Assembly: GCA_038207335.1 (NCBI GenBank)
Contig: JBBQZX010000001.1
Location: forward strand, 64,001 to 128,000
Length of the DNA stretch: 64,000 nt
Reading direction: 5' to 3'
DNA from: Chthoniobacterales bacterium
GTDB taxonomy: Bacteria > Verrucomicrobiota > Verrucomicrobiia > Chthoniobacterales > Chthoniobacteraceae
Both the position numbers and the translations under genes were made by a program. The notes under the pieces were generated by a model. That model was not told the origin of the DNA. It searched no databases and saw only the letters and a list, made by a program, of their open reading frames with translations. Positions 1-10,016 of the stretch are shown here, one piece after another. Each line of letters begins with the position of its first letter. The first letter of the stretch is position 1.

Positions 1-1610
1 TTCCCGGTGCCCTTCCTGGTGCCGATGCCGGTGCCGGCATTCTGCCTTCCGTGAGTCCCACAGATGCGCGCATTACCGTTTCGCTGACGAATATTCCTCT
101 CGTCGAGGCGCTTCGATACGTCACACAGCTCGCTGGCTTGAAATTCAAGGTCGAGCCATACGCCGTTTCAATCGTTCCGATTAACACGCCGACCGACGTC
201 TTGGTCACGAAGGAGTATAAAGTGCGTCCTGGATTCATCGGAACGAAGCCCGCAGGCGGCGGCGGAGACGCCCTCAATCCCGCGGGTCCACCGGCGGATG
301 CCACCCGCAACGGCACGGGAATCGCCGGTCGTCTCGATGCAAAGGAGTTTCTCATCGCTCAAGGTGTTCCGTTCCCAATCGGAGCGTCGGCCACCTATCT
401 CGCCGGGAGCAGTCGCCTCGTAGTTCGCAATACTCAGGAAAATCTCGAACTCGTCGATACACTGATCGACGCGAGCACGGGGGACTCGATTCCCGCGCAG
501 GTGGAAATCGAATCCAAATTCGTCGAGATCACGCAGCAGAATCTTAAAGAACTGAGCTTCGATTGGCTGCTCGGCCAATTCAACGTCGGCCAAGGTGGTG
601 TCTTCGCTGGCGGAGGCACGTCCGGCAATCAGCCCGCGACCGATCCGGCTGACTTTCCGTTTGTCGGGCCCGGCGGTGTGCCGGTTGGCAGGTCTCCTGT
701 CACTGGCGGCAATCGCAGCGGTTCAACCGCGATCTCCGCCAGTGCGATCGATGCGTTGCTTTTCGGAACTACCGGCGCGTCCAGGCTGGCTCCAGCTCTT
801 GTCGGACTGTCCGGCGTCTTCACCGATCCGCAGTTCCAACTCGTGATCCGCGCACTGAACCAGAAAAAAGGCGTTGATCTCCTATCCGCACCCCGCGTGA
901 CAACCAAGAGCGGCCAGCGTGCTGTCATCGAGATCATTCGCGAATTCCGCTATCCGACCGAGTTCGACCCACCGCAAATCCCGCAGAACTTCGGGAACAA
1001 TGGAAACAACGGCGGTGGTGGTGGCACAGCGCTCATCAGCGTTGCTCCGAGCAGCTTTCCGGTTACGCCGACGACTCCCACCGCCTTCGAGACCCGCAAC
1101 ACGGGTGTCACGCTCGAGGTCGAGCCAGTCATCGGCCCGGACGGTTACACGATCGACCTGAATTTGGTGCCGCAGGTCGTCGAATTTGAAGGCTTCATCA
1201 ATTACGGGAGCCCGATTCAGACGACGGCCACGAATCCAATCACCGGCATCAGTTCGACAAACGTCATCACGCCGAACGTCATCAACCAGCCGATCTTCAG
1301 CACGCGCAAAGTCACGACTAGCGTGAGCATTTTCGACGGCCAGACCGTCGTTCTCGGTGGCCTCATGCGTGAGGACGTCCAGAAAGTGGAGGACAAGACG
1401 CCGCTGCTCGGCGACATCCCTCTCATCGGGCGGTTGTTCCGCTCGAGTGTTGATCAGCATCTGAAGCGCAATCTCGTCATCTTCGTCTCGGCCCGTTTAA
1501 TCAATCCGGCGGGAGAGCCAGTGCATCTTGAGGAGGAAAAGGAAGAGGAAGTCGAAGTAATTCCCGTTCCTGAAATTCCCGCTCCCGAACTTCCGCTGAT
1601 GCCGAAGTAA
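1..1610 (+). CDS. Type II secretion / type IV pilus secretin (GspD/PilQ-like), 5' end outside window
   Basis: Secretin motifs QVEIESKFVEI, LLSAPRVTTKSGQRAVI, NTGVTLEVEP, DGQTVVLGGL, PLLGDIPLIGRLF; frame is open from position 3 to the GTG at 51, so the gene starts upstream. Confidence 0.9.
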   Translation, partial: PGALPGADAGAGILPSVSPTDARITVSLTNIPLVEALRYVTQLAGLKFKVEPYAVSIVPINTPTDVLVTKEYKVRPGFIGTKPAGGGGDALNPAGPPADATRNGTGIAGRLDAKEFLIAQGVPFPIGASATYLAGSSRLVVRNTQENLELVDTLIDASTGDSIPAQVEIESKFVEITQQNLKELSFDWLLGQFNVGQGGVFAGGGTSGNQPATDPADFPFVGPGGVPVGRSPVTGGNRSGSTAISASAIDALLFGTTGASRLAPALVGLSGVFTDPQFQLVIRALNQKKGVDLLSAPRVTTKSGQRAVIEIIREFRYPTEFDPPQIPQNFGNNGNNGGGGGTALISVAPSSFPVTPTTPTAFETRNTGVTLEVEPVIGPDGYTIDLNLVPQVVEFEGFINYGSPIQTTATNPITGISSTNVITPNVINQPIFSTRKVTTSVSIFDGQTVVLGGLMREDVQKVEDKTPLLGDIPLIGRLFRSSVDQHLKRNLVIFVSARLINPAGEPVHLEEEKEEEVEVIPVPEIPAPELPLMPK

Positions 1611-1616
1611 GGGCGA

Positions 1617-2213
1617 ATGCCCGTCCTCGGTGTTACTGGCGGAATCGCAACCGGCAAATCCACGTTCGCACGGGACCTTGTCCAGCGGTTATCGGCCGAG
1701 TTTTTCGACGCCGACGCTTGCGCCCGTTTGTTGCTCAAGACAAATCTTCAGATTCAAGCGGAGGTGCGGCAGCAGTTTGACGCAGTGGCCAAAGATGGAA
1801 CACTGGATCGCGCTACGTTGCGGGATCTGATTTTTTCAGACCCTGAGAAGCGCATGCGTCTCGAGGCGATTCTTCATCCCGCGATCCGCGAAAATTGGAT
1901 CGGGCAAGCTCGAAAGACTGCTGATTCCGGGCACTGGTTTATCGCCGAGATTCCGTTACTGTTCGAGACAGCCGCTGAGTCGCACTGCGATCGCGTGATC
2001 GTCGTCGCCTGCACATCCGCGACACAACGCGCTAGGTTAAAAGCCAACCGCTTGATCGATGATGCGCTTGCTGGAAACATTATCGCCGCACAGCTCGACC
2101 TCCGTTCGAAAATCACGAAAGCCGATCATCTTATTTGGAACGACTCCACTGCCGCCGCATTGACCGGTCAAACCGACCTACTCGCTGCTTGGCTGCGCCA
2201 CCGTTATGGCTGA
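1617..2213 (+). CDS. coaE: Dephospho-CoA kinase
   Basis: GVTGGIATGKST P-loop, DAD, LDRATL, LEAILHP, EIPLLFE motifs. Confidence 0.95.
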   Translation: MPVLGVTGGIATGKSTFARDLVQRLSAEFFDADACARLLLKTNLQIQAEVRQQFDAVAKDGTLDRATLRDLIFSDPEKRMRLEAILHPAIRENWIGQARKTADSGHWFIAEIPLLFETAAESHCDRVIVVACTSATQRARLKANRLIDDALAGNIIAAQLDLRSKITKADHLIWNDSTAAALTGQTDLLAAWLRHRYG

Positions 2214-3552
2214 ATCTACCACCGACATCCCACTGGACAGCACCGATCCCGCCGAAGAACCGAGGATTGGTGATGAGCCGCATGTACCCGCAGAGTTGTG
2301 GGTGGAAGAGCTCAATTCCGAGCCCCTCCATTTGCTCATCGAGCGAGCCGAGACGCTCGGGCTGCGGATGAATGCAGACAAGACCCGCCACCATATCGTT
2401 TTCGATTTGCTCCGGACTTACGCGTCGCGCGGGACCGCACTTTTTGCCGACGGCGTCATCGAATTTAGCGGGCAAGGTGGCGCGTTTTTGCGCTGGCCGC
2501 GCTTTAATTTTCGCTCGCTCCCGCAGGACATCTACGTGTCTCCGCATCACGAGCGCCAGTACGGCCTGCGCAACGGGAACCGCCTCGCCGGCAGGATTCG
2601 TGCGCCGCGCGATCGCGAAAAATTCATGGCGCTGGAGGAGGTCATCTCGATCGAGGGGATACCTGTCGATCAGTGGAAAGAGACGACGGAATTTGAAAAG
2701 TTGACCGCGCTTCATCCGACAGAACGGATCGTCCTTGAAACCGCTTCGTTCCCCTCCGTGACCGCCCGCGCGCTCGATCTCATCGTCCCACTGGGCCGTG
2801 GTCAACGTGGGCTCATCGTCGCGCCGCCTCGCACCGGCAAAACGATTTTAATGAAAGATATTGCGCGCTCAATCTTGGCGAATTCGCCAGAGACCGCGCT
2901 CATTCTCCTGCTCGTCGATGAGCGCCCGGAAGAGGTCACGGACTTCAAGACCTCGCTGAAAGGCTGCGAAATCTACAGCTCCACTTTCGACGAGAGTCCT
3001 CAGCGGCATACGCAGGTTGCGGAGATCGTCAGCGATCGCGCGAAACGGCTCGTGGAGCTGAACCGGCATGTCGTGATCCTGCTCGACTCGATCACGCGTC
3101 TATCCCGCGGCTACAATAATCTGATGGGCGGAAAGGGGCGCACCATGTCCGGCGGTGTGGATGCGAAGGCGCTGGTGAAGCCGAAAAAATTCTTCAGCGC
3201 TGCCCGCAATACCGAAGAGGGCGGCAGTCTTACGATCCTAGCGACCGCGCTCATCGAGACCAACAGTCGGATGGACGACCTCATTTTCGAGGAATACAAG
3301 GGTACCGGAAACATGGAGATTCGCCTCGATCGAAACCTCGCGGACAAGCGCGTCTTTCCCGCGATCAATATCCTCGGATCCGCCACGCGGCGCGACGAAT
3401 TGCTCTACCACCCGCAGGAGTTCGACAAGATCAACGTTCTCCGAAAGCAGTTGGCCGCGCTCCCGCCGATTGAAGCGACAGAGGTGCTCATTCACGCGCT
3501 GAAAGCGACGAATTCCAACGCCGAGTTGCTGCTCGTGGGGCTCCGCAGCTGA
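2206..3552 (+). CDS. rho: Transcription termination factor Rho
   Basis: [65 protein letters not shown]. Confidence 0.95.
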   Translation: MAESTTDIPLDSTDPAEEPRIGDEPHVPAELWVEELNSEPLHLLIERAETLGLRMNADKTRHHIVFDLLRTYASRGTALFADGVIEFSGQGGAFLRWPRFNFRSLPQDIYVSPHHERQYGLRNGNRLAGRIRAPRDREKFMALEEVISIEGIPVDQWKETTEFEKLTALHPTERIVLETASFPSVTARALDLIVPLGRGQRGLIVAPPRTGKTILMKDIARSILANSPETALILLLVDERPEEVTDFKTSLKGCEIYSSTFDESPQRHTQVAEIVSDRAKRLVELNRHVVILLDSITRLSRGYNNLMGGKGRTMSGGVDAKALVKPKKFFSAARNTEEGGSLTILATALIETNSRMDDLIFEEYKGTGNMEIRLDRNLADKRVFPAINILGSATRRDELLYHPQEFDKINVLRKQLAALPPIEATEVLIHALKATNSNAELLLVGLRS

Positions 3553-3556
3553 TCCG

Positions 3557-4651
3557 ATGGAAGGAGCCGTGCAAAACGCCATTCCCACGCTCATCGGCGA
3601 ACCGGATGGGCTCGCTGCGATCCTCCCGATCATCGGTGAGCACGCTCGTATCGCGATCGATACGGAGGCGGACAGCCTTCACTGCTATTTTGAAAAACTT
3701 TGCCTCATTCAGGTCACCGTTGGTGGACGCGACCTCCTGATCGATCCGCTTGCGGGGTACTCACTCGATCCGCTTTTTGCTGCGCTCGAGGGCAAAGAAC
3801 TCATTTTCCACGGAGCCGATTACGATCTTCGGCTTTTGCGCCGTGTCGGTTACGGTGGCCCGGCTCGCATTTTCGACACGATGATTGCCGCAAGATTGTG
3901 CGGCGTGACGGAATTCAGCCTCGCGGCGCTGATCGGAAAACATTTCGGACTCAAGCTTGCGAAAGCCTCGCAAAAAGCGAATTGGGCGCTGCGCCCGTTG
4001 CCGCCGGTGATGGTGGAATACGCAGTAAAAGACACACATTACCTGCACGAACTCGCGGAAATCTTCACTGCCGAACTGATGCAACTCGGTCGCTGGGAGT
4101 GGTTTCGGCAATCGTGCGAGCGCGCGATCCGGCTCACGGAGACATCGAAGGAGCGCGATGCGGAAGAGATCTGGCGGATCGCCGGAAGCGGGCTGCTACG
4201 CGGGCGGACTGCGGCGATTCTTCGCGAGCTGTGGCGCTGGCGCGATGAAGAGGCGCGAGCGATCGACAAGCCCGCGTTTCACATTCTGCACAACGAGCAA
4301 CTCATTGCGGCTGCGAATCGCATCGATCAAGGCGGGCTCGCAGAAGTCCGCCACCTGCGAGGTTCTAGGCTGCGCCGTTTTGAAGATGCGGCGGCGCGCG
4401 CGCTGGCGATGTCGCCCGATGATTGGCCCGTTTTCACCCGCACTCATACACCGCGACCGACGCGTGAAGAGGAGGCACGGTTCCGGGAATTGAGAGGAAA
4501 GCGCGACGCCTCCGCATCGTCCCTCAATCTTGATCCGTCCTTGATCGCACCGAAAGCGGCGCTCGAACTGATCGCCTCCGACCCTGTAGTGGGAGTAGCG
4601 AAATTGATGCCTTGGCAGCGCGAGTTGCTAGGTGTTCAAGAATCGCTGTAG
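3557..4651 (+). CDS. rnd: Ribonuclease D family 3'-5' exonuclease with HRDC domain
   Basis: AIDTEADSLH, LCLIQ, FHGADYD, FDTMIAA, W..RPL, YAVKD (DEDDy); HRDC LWRWRDEEARAIDKP. Confidence 0.85.
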   Translation: MEGAVQNAIPTLIGEPDGLAAILPIIGEHARIAIDTEADSLHCYFEKLCLIQVTVGGRDLLIDPLAGYSLDPLFAALEGKELIFHGADYDLRLLRRVGYGGPARIFDTMIAARLCGVTEFSLAALIGKHFGLKLAKASQKANWALRPLPPVMVEYAVKDTHYLHELAEIFTAELMQLGRWEWFRQSCERAIRLTETSKERDAEEIWRIAGSGLLRGRTAAILRELWRWRDEEARAIDKPAFHILHNEQLIAAANRIDQGGLAEVRHLRGSRLRRFEDAAARALAMSPDDWPVFTRTHTPRPTREEEARFRELRGKRDASASSLNLDPSLIAPKAALELIASDPVVGVAKLMPWQRELLGVQESL

Positions 4652-4701
4652 TCGATCCCGGCCTTCGTGCCGAAACCCGACTACCGCTGAAGCCACCCGG
4701 C

Positions 4702-4914
4702 TCACGCAGCGGGCACTTCGGGCACAACCTCCGCAGGCTTCGGAGTCGGCGTTGCTTTGATTTTCACGCCGTCTTTCCACGTTCCTTCGCGCAATGCTTC
4801 GGAGTAGGGCCCGTTGCCTTTTCCACGGCTGTAAACGTCACGTTTGGTGACGAGCGTGTTGCAGGCGGCGAGCGAAAGTACGGCGAGGAGGAGGAGGGAG
4901 ACGGCAAATTTCAC
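4702..4914 (-). CDS. Small lipoprotein of unknown function
   Basis: MKF + hydrophobic stretch + lipobox LAAC; fills the gap between rnd and the DAHP synthase gene. Confidence 0.7.
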   Translation of the reverse strand: MKFAVSLLLLAVLSLAACNTLVTKRDVYSRGKGNGPYSEALREGTWKDGVKIKATPTPKPAEVVPEVPAA

Positions 4915-5035
4915 GCTCGGATCGGAGCAGATCGGAAATGGAGTGTCAACCCACGCGCATCAACGCGCCTCACGCGACTGCGAGATTTCCGATTGCCCTC
5001 GTTTTTTGTCCCGCTACTTTCCTCGCCCCTTTTCC

Positions 5036-6052
5036 ATGATTATCGTCACAAAACCAAACGCCACGGACGAGCAGGTGCAGCACATCGTCGATCGAATCGT
5101 CGAGTGGGGGCTAAAGGCGGAAGTCAGTCGTGGAGCCATGCGGACGGTGATCGGCGTCATCGGCGCGGAGGATTCCGTGCGGGAAAAACCCATCGCCGCG
5201 ATCCCGGGAGTCGAGTCGGTGACGCCGGTGCTCAAGCCCTACAAATTAGTCGCGCGAGAATTCCGCGGCGGCAACGACTCGAAGGTCAAGATCGGCGGAG
5301 TCACCGTGGGGAACGGCGAGGTGGTCATCATGTCCGGGCCGTGTTCCGTCGAGACGCGCGAGCAAATCATCTCGATCGCTGGTGCCATCAAGGACGCGGG
5401 CGCGAAAATTCTCCGTGGGGGCGCTTACAAGCCGCGTACGTCGCCCTATTCATTTCAAGGACTCGGAGTCGAGGGGTTGCGTCTGCTGGCGGAGGCGCGG
5501 GAGGCGACCGGCCTGCCAGTCATCACCGAGATCATGGATACGAAAGATCTCGATGTGGTCGAGCGATACGCCGATTGCCTCCAAGTCGGAGCTCGCAATA
5601 TGCAGAATTTTTCGCTGCTCAAGGAAGTCGGGCGCAGCCGCCTGCCGGTCATGCTGAAACGCGGGATGAGCGCGACTATCAAAGACCTTTTGATGAGTGC
5701 AGAATACATCCTGAGCGAGGGAAATTTCAACGTCATGCTTTGCGAGCGTGGCATCCGCACGTTTGAAAACTACACGCGTAACACGCTCGACCTGAACGCC
5801 GTGCCGGTGCTCAAAGCTGAGACGCACCTGCCGGTCGTCGTCGATCCAACGCATGGCATCGGCCTGCGCGAACACGTCTTACCGATGGCGCTCGCTGCCG
5901 TCGCCGCCGGGGCGGATGCGCTCATGGTGGAAGTTCACAACTCGCCGGAGCTCGCGAAAAGCGACGGCGAGCAGGCGCTACTGCCGGCAGAGTTTGCGGA
6001 CCTCGTCGCGCGGGTGCGCAAAGTCGCCGAAGCCGTTGGGCGTTCCGCCTAG
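5036..6052 (+). CDS. aroF: 3-deoxy-7-phosphoheptulonate (DAHP) synthase, class I-beta, with N-terminal regulatory domain
   Basis: [46 protein letters not shown]; start moved to ATG 5036 (MIIVTKP). Confidence 0.93.
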   Translation: MIIVTKPNATDEQVQHIVDRIVEWGLKAEVSRGAMRTVIGVIGAEDSVREKPIAAIPGVESVTPVLKPYKLVAREFRGGNDSKVKIGGVTVGNGEVVIMSGPCSVETREQIISIAGAIKDAGAKILRGGAYKPRTSPYSFQGLGVEGLRLLAEAREATGLPVITEIMDTKDLDVVERYADCLQVGARNMQNFSLLKEVGRSRLPVMLKRGMSATIKDLLMSAEYILSEGNFNVMLCERGIRTFENYTRNTLDLNAVPVLKAETHLPVVVDPTHGIGLREHVLPMALAAVAAGADALMVEVHNSPELAKSDGEQALLPAEFADLVARVRKVAEAVGRSA

Positions 6053-6254
6053 CAGCCCTTTCGAGATAGCGCAGGGGACGCGGAAACGCAGGGAAGGTGA
6101 CGCGCGCGTCCGGATGTTCTCCTGTCTTCCTGCGTCGACCAAAGGTCTGCCAATTCCCACACAGCGGACTGTCATTCAACAGGCAACCAATCTTCCTGTG
6201 TTTACGCGGCGCGGCGAGGTTGGCGAGAGGCAAGGGCTGCGTTGAATTCGCGAC

Positions 6255-6851
6255 ATGATCTCCTTTCCACTCGATTTTCGATTTCGACATTTCACGCTCT
6301 CGCCGCAGGTCGCGGTGACAGACTCTCACGGAGCGGAGGTTTGTTTCATCAAACAAAAAGCGTTTCGACTGCGCGAATCTGTCACGGTTTTTCGCGATTC
6401 GAGCAAGGCGACGATCGTCGGCAAAATCGAAGCGAACCGCATCATCGACTGGTCGGCACGCTACACGTTCTCGGACGCCGAAGGTCTTCCATTCGGAGCC
6501 GTCGGTCGGCGCGGTGCGCGGTCGCTGTGGCGGGCGCATTACGATATTTTTGCTCATGCGGAATCGAAGACGCCGGCGATGTCGATTAGCGAGGATAGCG
6601 TGCTGACCCGCTTTCTGGACGGTCTTTTTTCGGAGATTCCGATCCTCGGAATTTTCAGCGGTTACGTCTTCCATCCGAGCTATGCGGTGATCGGAAACGA
6701 CGGCACGGTTGTGGCGCGTCTGCGGAAGCGCGCGGCATTTCTTGAGAGGTGTTTTACTTTGGAAAAGCTTACCGACCTCGAGCCCGAGCAGGAACTCGAA
6801 ATCCTGCTGAGTTGCCTGATGATGATTCTCCTGGAGCGCCGCCGCGGGTGA
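6255..6851 (+). CDS. LURP-one/scramblase-like (tubby C-terminal-like) hypothetical protein
   Basis: KQKAFRLRESVTVF, IIDWSARYTF, RSLWRAHYDI, GYVFHPSY and a hydrophobic C-terminal helix. Confidence 0.65.
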   Translation: MISFPLDFRFRHFTLSPQVAVTDSHGAEVCFIKQKAFRLRESVTVFRDSSKATIVGKIEANRIIDWSARYTFSDAEGLPFGAVGRRGARSLWRAHYDIFAHAESKTPAMSISEDSVLTRFLDGLFSEIPILGIFSGYVFHPSYAVIGNDGTVVARLRKRAAFLERCFTLEKLTDLEPEQELEILLSCLMMILLERRRG

Positions 6852-6896
6852 GCGAACCTCGAACTTTCTCTCCGTCGCGCTTGCCCCGGTTAAAAA

Positions 6897-8468
6897 TCAA
6901 ACCGGTAAATCTGCCAGGGCGATTCCGGGATTGAGTTCTCCGAAATAGCGCTGGGTCCAGCCGCTGGGGAAAAGCACGCCGGGCTTTCCATCGGTATCGT
7001 AGGCGACCCGGCAACCAGTCGGCAGTTTCAGGCCCGACGCCTCGACTCCCGCTTGGATCCATCTGAATGCCTCCCATGAAGCGGTTTCGAGACGCGATTC
7101 CGCCCCGTATTCGCTCTCGAGTCGGTATTGCACGACCTCGAATTGCAGCGGACCGACCGCTGCGAGCAGCGGCACTTTTTGCAGAGAGTCGCGCAGTTCG
7201 AAAACTTGCATGACGCCCTCCTGCAAGAGCTGTTCGAGCCCCTGCCTGAACTGTTTGAACTTTGACGGATTCGGATTTTGGAGAAACGCAAAGCACTCCG
7301 GAGCGAAGCGCGGAATCTCATCGTAGGCGATCGAAGCGTCCTCCGTGAGCGTGTCGCCGATGCCGAACTCGGAGTGGCCCACTAGCCCGATCACGTCGCC
7401 TGCGTAAGCCTCATCGACCGTCTCGCGATCCTGCGCGAACAGCTTGTGCGCGCTCGAGAGCCGAACGCGTTTGCCCGTGCGACTGTGCGTGACAGTCATG
7501 TCGCGCGTGAATTTCCCTGAGCAAATCCGCAGGAACGCAATGCGGTCGCGATGCCGTGGATCCATGTTTGCCTGGATCTTGAATACGAATCCTGAAAACG
7601 CTGGAGCCGAGGGCTCGATCGTCCGCCCTCCAGCGACGTGCGGCTGCGGAGGAGCGGAGCGCTCAAGAAAGGAATCGAGCAGAAGCTGGACGCCGAAATT
7701 ATTCATCGCGCTGCCGAAATAGACGGGCGTGAGTTCGCCACGCAGCACGGCGTCGCTGGAGTAGTCCACGCCCGCGCCGTCGAGCATTTCCAGCTCCTCG
7801 GTGGCTTGTTGAAAATCACCCTCGTCCAGCCGCTCGCGCACGAATGGTTCGTCGATGCCGCCGACCTCCACGGGGGCGCGATATGCGCCATGCGAAGTCT
7901 TTTCAAAAAGATGCACCTGCCGCTTTTGACGGTCGTAAACTCCGCGAAAACTGACGCCCGCGCCGAGCGGCCAGTTCACCGGAAAGGCGCCGATGCCGAG
8001 CACGCTTTCGAGTTCATCCAGCAGCGCAAGCGGCGAGCGGGTGGGCCGGTCGCACTTGTTCATGAATGTGAAAATGGGTACTCCGCGCCGCTTGCAGACC
8101 TCGAAAAGTTTGCGCGTCTGCGCCTCGATTCCCTTGCCCGCGTCGATCACCATCACGACCGCATCCACGGCAGTCAGGACGCGGTAGGTGTCCTCGGAAA
8201 AGTCTTTGTGGCCGGGCGTGTCGAGGAGATTGATCCGATACCCGCGATAGTCGAACTGCAGCACCGTCGAACTCACGGAGATACCCCGCTTTCGCTCCAG
8301 CTCCATCCAGTCCGAAGTGGCCGCGCGCGCGTTTTTCCGAGCCGTCACAGAGCCCGCGAGCTGCACGGCTCCGCCGTAGAGCAGCAGCTTTTCTGTGAGC
8401 GTCGTCTTGCCCGCGTCTGGGTGCGAAATGATGGCGAAAGTCCGCCTGCGACCGATCTCATCGAGCAT
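6897..8468 (-). CDS. prfC: Peptide chain release factor 3
   Basis: RRTFAIISHPDAGKTTLTEKLLL, SDWMELERKRGIS, LDTPGHKDFSEDTYR, FKIQANMDPRHRDR; start at ATG 8468. Confidence 0.96.
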   Translation of the reverse strand: MLDEIGRRRTFAIISHPDAGKTTLTEKLLLYGGAVQLAGSVTARKNARAATSDWMELERKRGISVSSTVLQFDYRGYRINLLDTPGHKDFSEDTYRVLTAVDAVVMVIDAGKGIEAQTRKLFEVCKRRGVPIFTFMNKCDRPTRSPLALLDELESVLGIGAFPVNWPLGAGVSFRGVYDRQKRQVHLFEKTSHGAYRAPVEVGGIDEPFVRERLDEGDFQQATEELEMLDGAGVDYSSDAVLRGELTPVYFGSAMNNFGVQLLLDSFLERSAPPQPHVAGGRTIEPSAPAFSGFVFKIQANMDPRHRDRIAFLRICSGKFTRDMTVTHSRTGKRVRLSSAHKLFAQDRETVDEAYAGDVIGLVGHSEFGIGDTLTEDASIAYDEIPRFAPECFAFLQNPNPSKFKQFRQGLEQLLQEGVMQVFELRDSLQKVPLLAAVGPLQFEVVQYRLESEYGAESRLETASWEAFRWIQAGVEASGLKLPTGCRVAYDTDGKPGVLFPSGWTQRYFGELNPGIALADLPV

Positions 8469-8581
8469 AAAAATGGGCGCGACTTTCGGCCAAACACGGC
8501 GGTGGCGCAAGCGGCGCGAAAAGCCATTTCAAGTGGGGCACCACATCTGCTAGTCTCACTTTCCGTTTTCTCTCCCCGACC

Positions 8582-10006
8582 ATGCCTTCCCTCAGCATCA
8601 AGCTCCCCGAGAACAAAGGCGAGATCACGCATATGCTGGCGGGTGAGCGGATTACGATCGGCCGCCGCCCCGACAATACGATCCAGATCGTCGATCGCAC
8701 AGTCTCCGGTCACCACGCGGAACTCATTGCGACGAACGGCCACTATCGCCTGCACGATTTAGGATCCACGAATCTCACCTGCGTCAACGGGCAGCAGGTC
8801 ACCGATTACCACCTGCATCTCGGGTGCAAGGTTTCCTTCGGAACCGTCGAGTGCGAATACAGCCCTGATGCGCCTGCGAGGTCGGAGGAAAAGGCCGTGG
8901 AAATGGTGCCGACGCGTGCGGAACTCGAGTTTTTGCGCCGTGAAAATCTCGATCTTCAGTCGAAAATCGCGACCCAGCAGAAGCAGATCGACATCCTCAG
9001 CAGCGCGCGGCTGATGACCAAAGAAACCCAGCAACTCGGCATAGCACCGGAGGCGCACCGGCGGGTTTCGATGGAACGCGACTCGCTGAAGGCCGAGAAC
9101 GAACAACTCAGACGCGACGTCGAGAATCTCAAGGCCGATCTTGCCGCCAGCAAGCGCGACCGAGATGCCACGCGGCAGGCGTGGGAGACAGTGAAGGCGG
9201 AACTCGCGACTTCAAAAGCACCGTCCCCTTTTCCCGAAAAATCGGAGCCGCCCTCTGCCGATCGCGCCGCCGGCTCACCGAATTCGCCGGAATCCAATCG
9301 CGCGCTCGCCACCGTGCTTGCGAGGACGCCGGCCGTGCTGGAGTCGCTCCGGGAAGCGCTGCAAAAACTGAGCGACGATCCTGCAGATGCAGATGCGCGC
9401 GAAGCGATGGTCGCCGCCTCCGCATCTCTGAATGAAGGCACAGCTGCGATCAAACGGCATCCCGTGCAACAACTCGCCGCGTCGCTCGATTCACTCGTCC
9501 GCGAAATCTCTCCCATCGAAGCCCCTCTAGAGCCGAGCGCGATTCGTACGTTGAGCCAGGCTGCGGAACTCACCCGCACGCTGCTCGAACCAAAGCATCT
9601 CAAACGCGCCAAAGAAGTCAGCGCGCCTCGCGCCATTGTCATCGACGATGACGAAGAGTTGCGCGAGACCGTCGCCGCGGCGCTCGAGTTTGGCGACATC
9701 TCGGCCACCGGGATATCCGAACCGGGCGAAGCGCTCGCGAATCTTCGCGAACATCCGGCCGATCTCGTCTTTCTCGATATCGGACTGCCGGGTCAGAACG
9801 GTGTGGACGTGTGTGCTCGCATCCGCGAGATCGAACGCTGCCAGAAAACGCCCATCGTTTTCCTGACGATTTCCGACGATGTGGAGCATCGCGCTCAGTC
9901 GAGCCTGAATGGCGGGAACGACTTTCTCGTGAAGCCTTTCAACATCGTCGAGCTGACGTTGAAGGCCCACACGTGGATTTACCGCGGGCAATTCGGGCTG
10001 CTCTAA
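8582..10006 (+). CDS. FHA - coiled coil - HPt-like helical region - receiver domain protein
   Basis: FHA motifs IGR, VSGHHA, DLGSTN; heptad coiled coil; C-terminal REC IDDD, FLDIGLP, FLT, VKPF. Confidence 0.85.
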   Translation: MPSLSIKLPENKGEITHMLAGERITIGRRPDNTIQIVDRTVSGHHAELIATNGHYRLHDLGSTNLTCVNGQQVTDYHLHLGCKVSFGTVECEYSPDAPARSEEKAVEMVPTRAELEFLRRENLDLQSKIATQQKQIDILSSARLMTKETQQLGIAPEAHRRVSMERDSLKAENEQLRRDVENLKADLAASKRDRDATRQAWETVKAELATSKAPSPFPEKSEPPSADRAAGSPNSPESNRALATVLARTPAVLESLREALQKLSDDPADADAREAMVAASASLNEGTAAIKRHPVQQLAASLDSLVREISPIEAPLEPSAIRTLSQAAELTRTLLEPKHLKRAKEVSAPRAIVIDDDEELRETVAAALEFGDISATGISEPGEALANLREHPADLVFLDIGLPGQNGVDVCARIREIERCQKTPIVFLTISDDVEHRAQSSLNGGNDFLVKPFNIVELTLKAHTWIYRGQFGLL

Positions 10007-10016
10007 GCTGCGCGTC

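Noticed and set aside
6053..6254. Imperfect stem ACGCAGGGAAG...CTTCCTGCGT after aroF as a possible ncRNA
   Set aside because: No recognisable RNA family features; weak pairing is expected at this GC content
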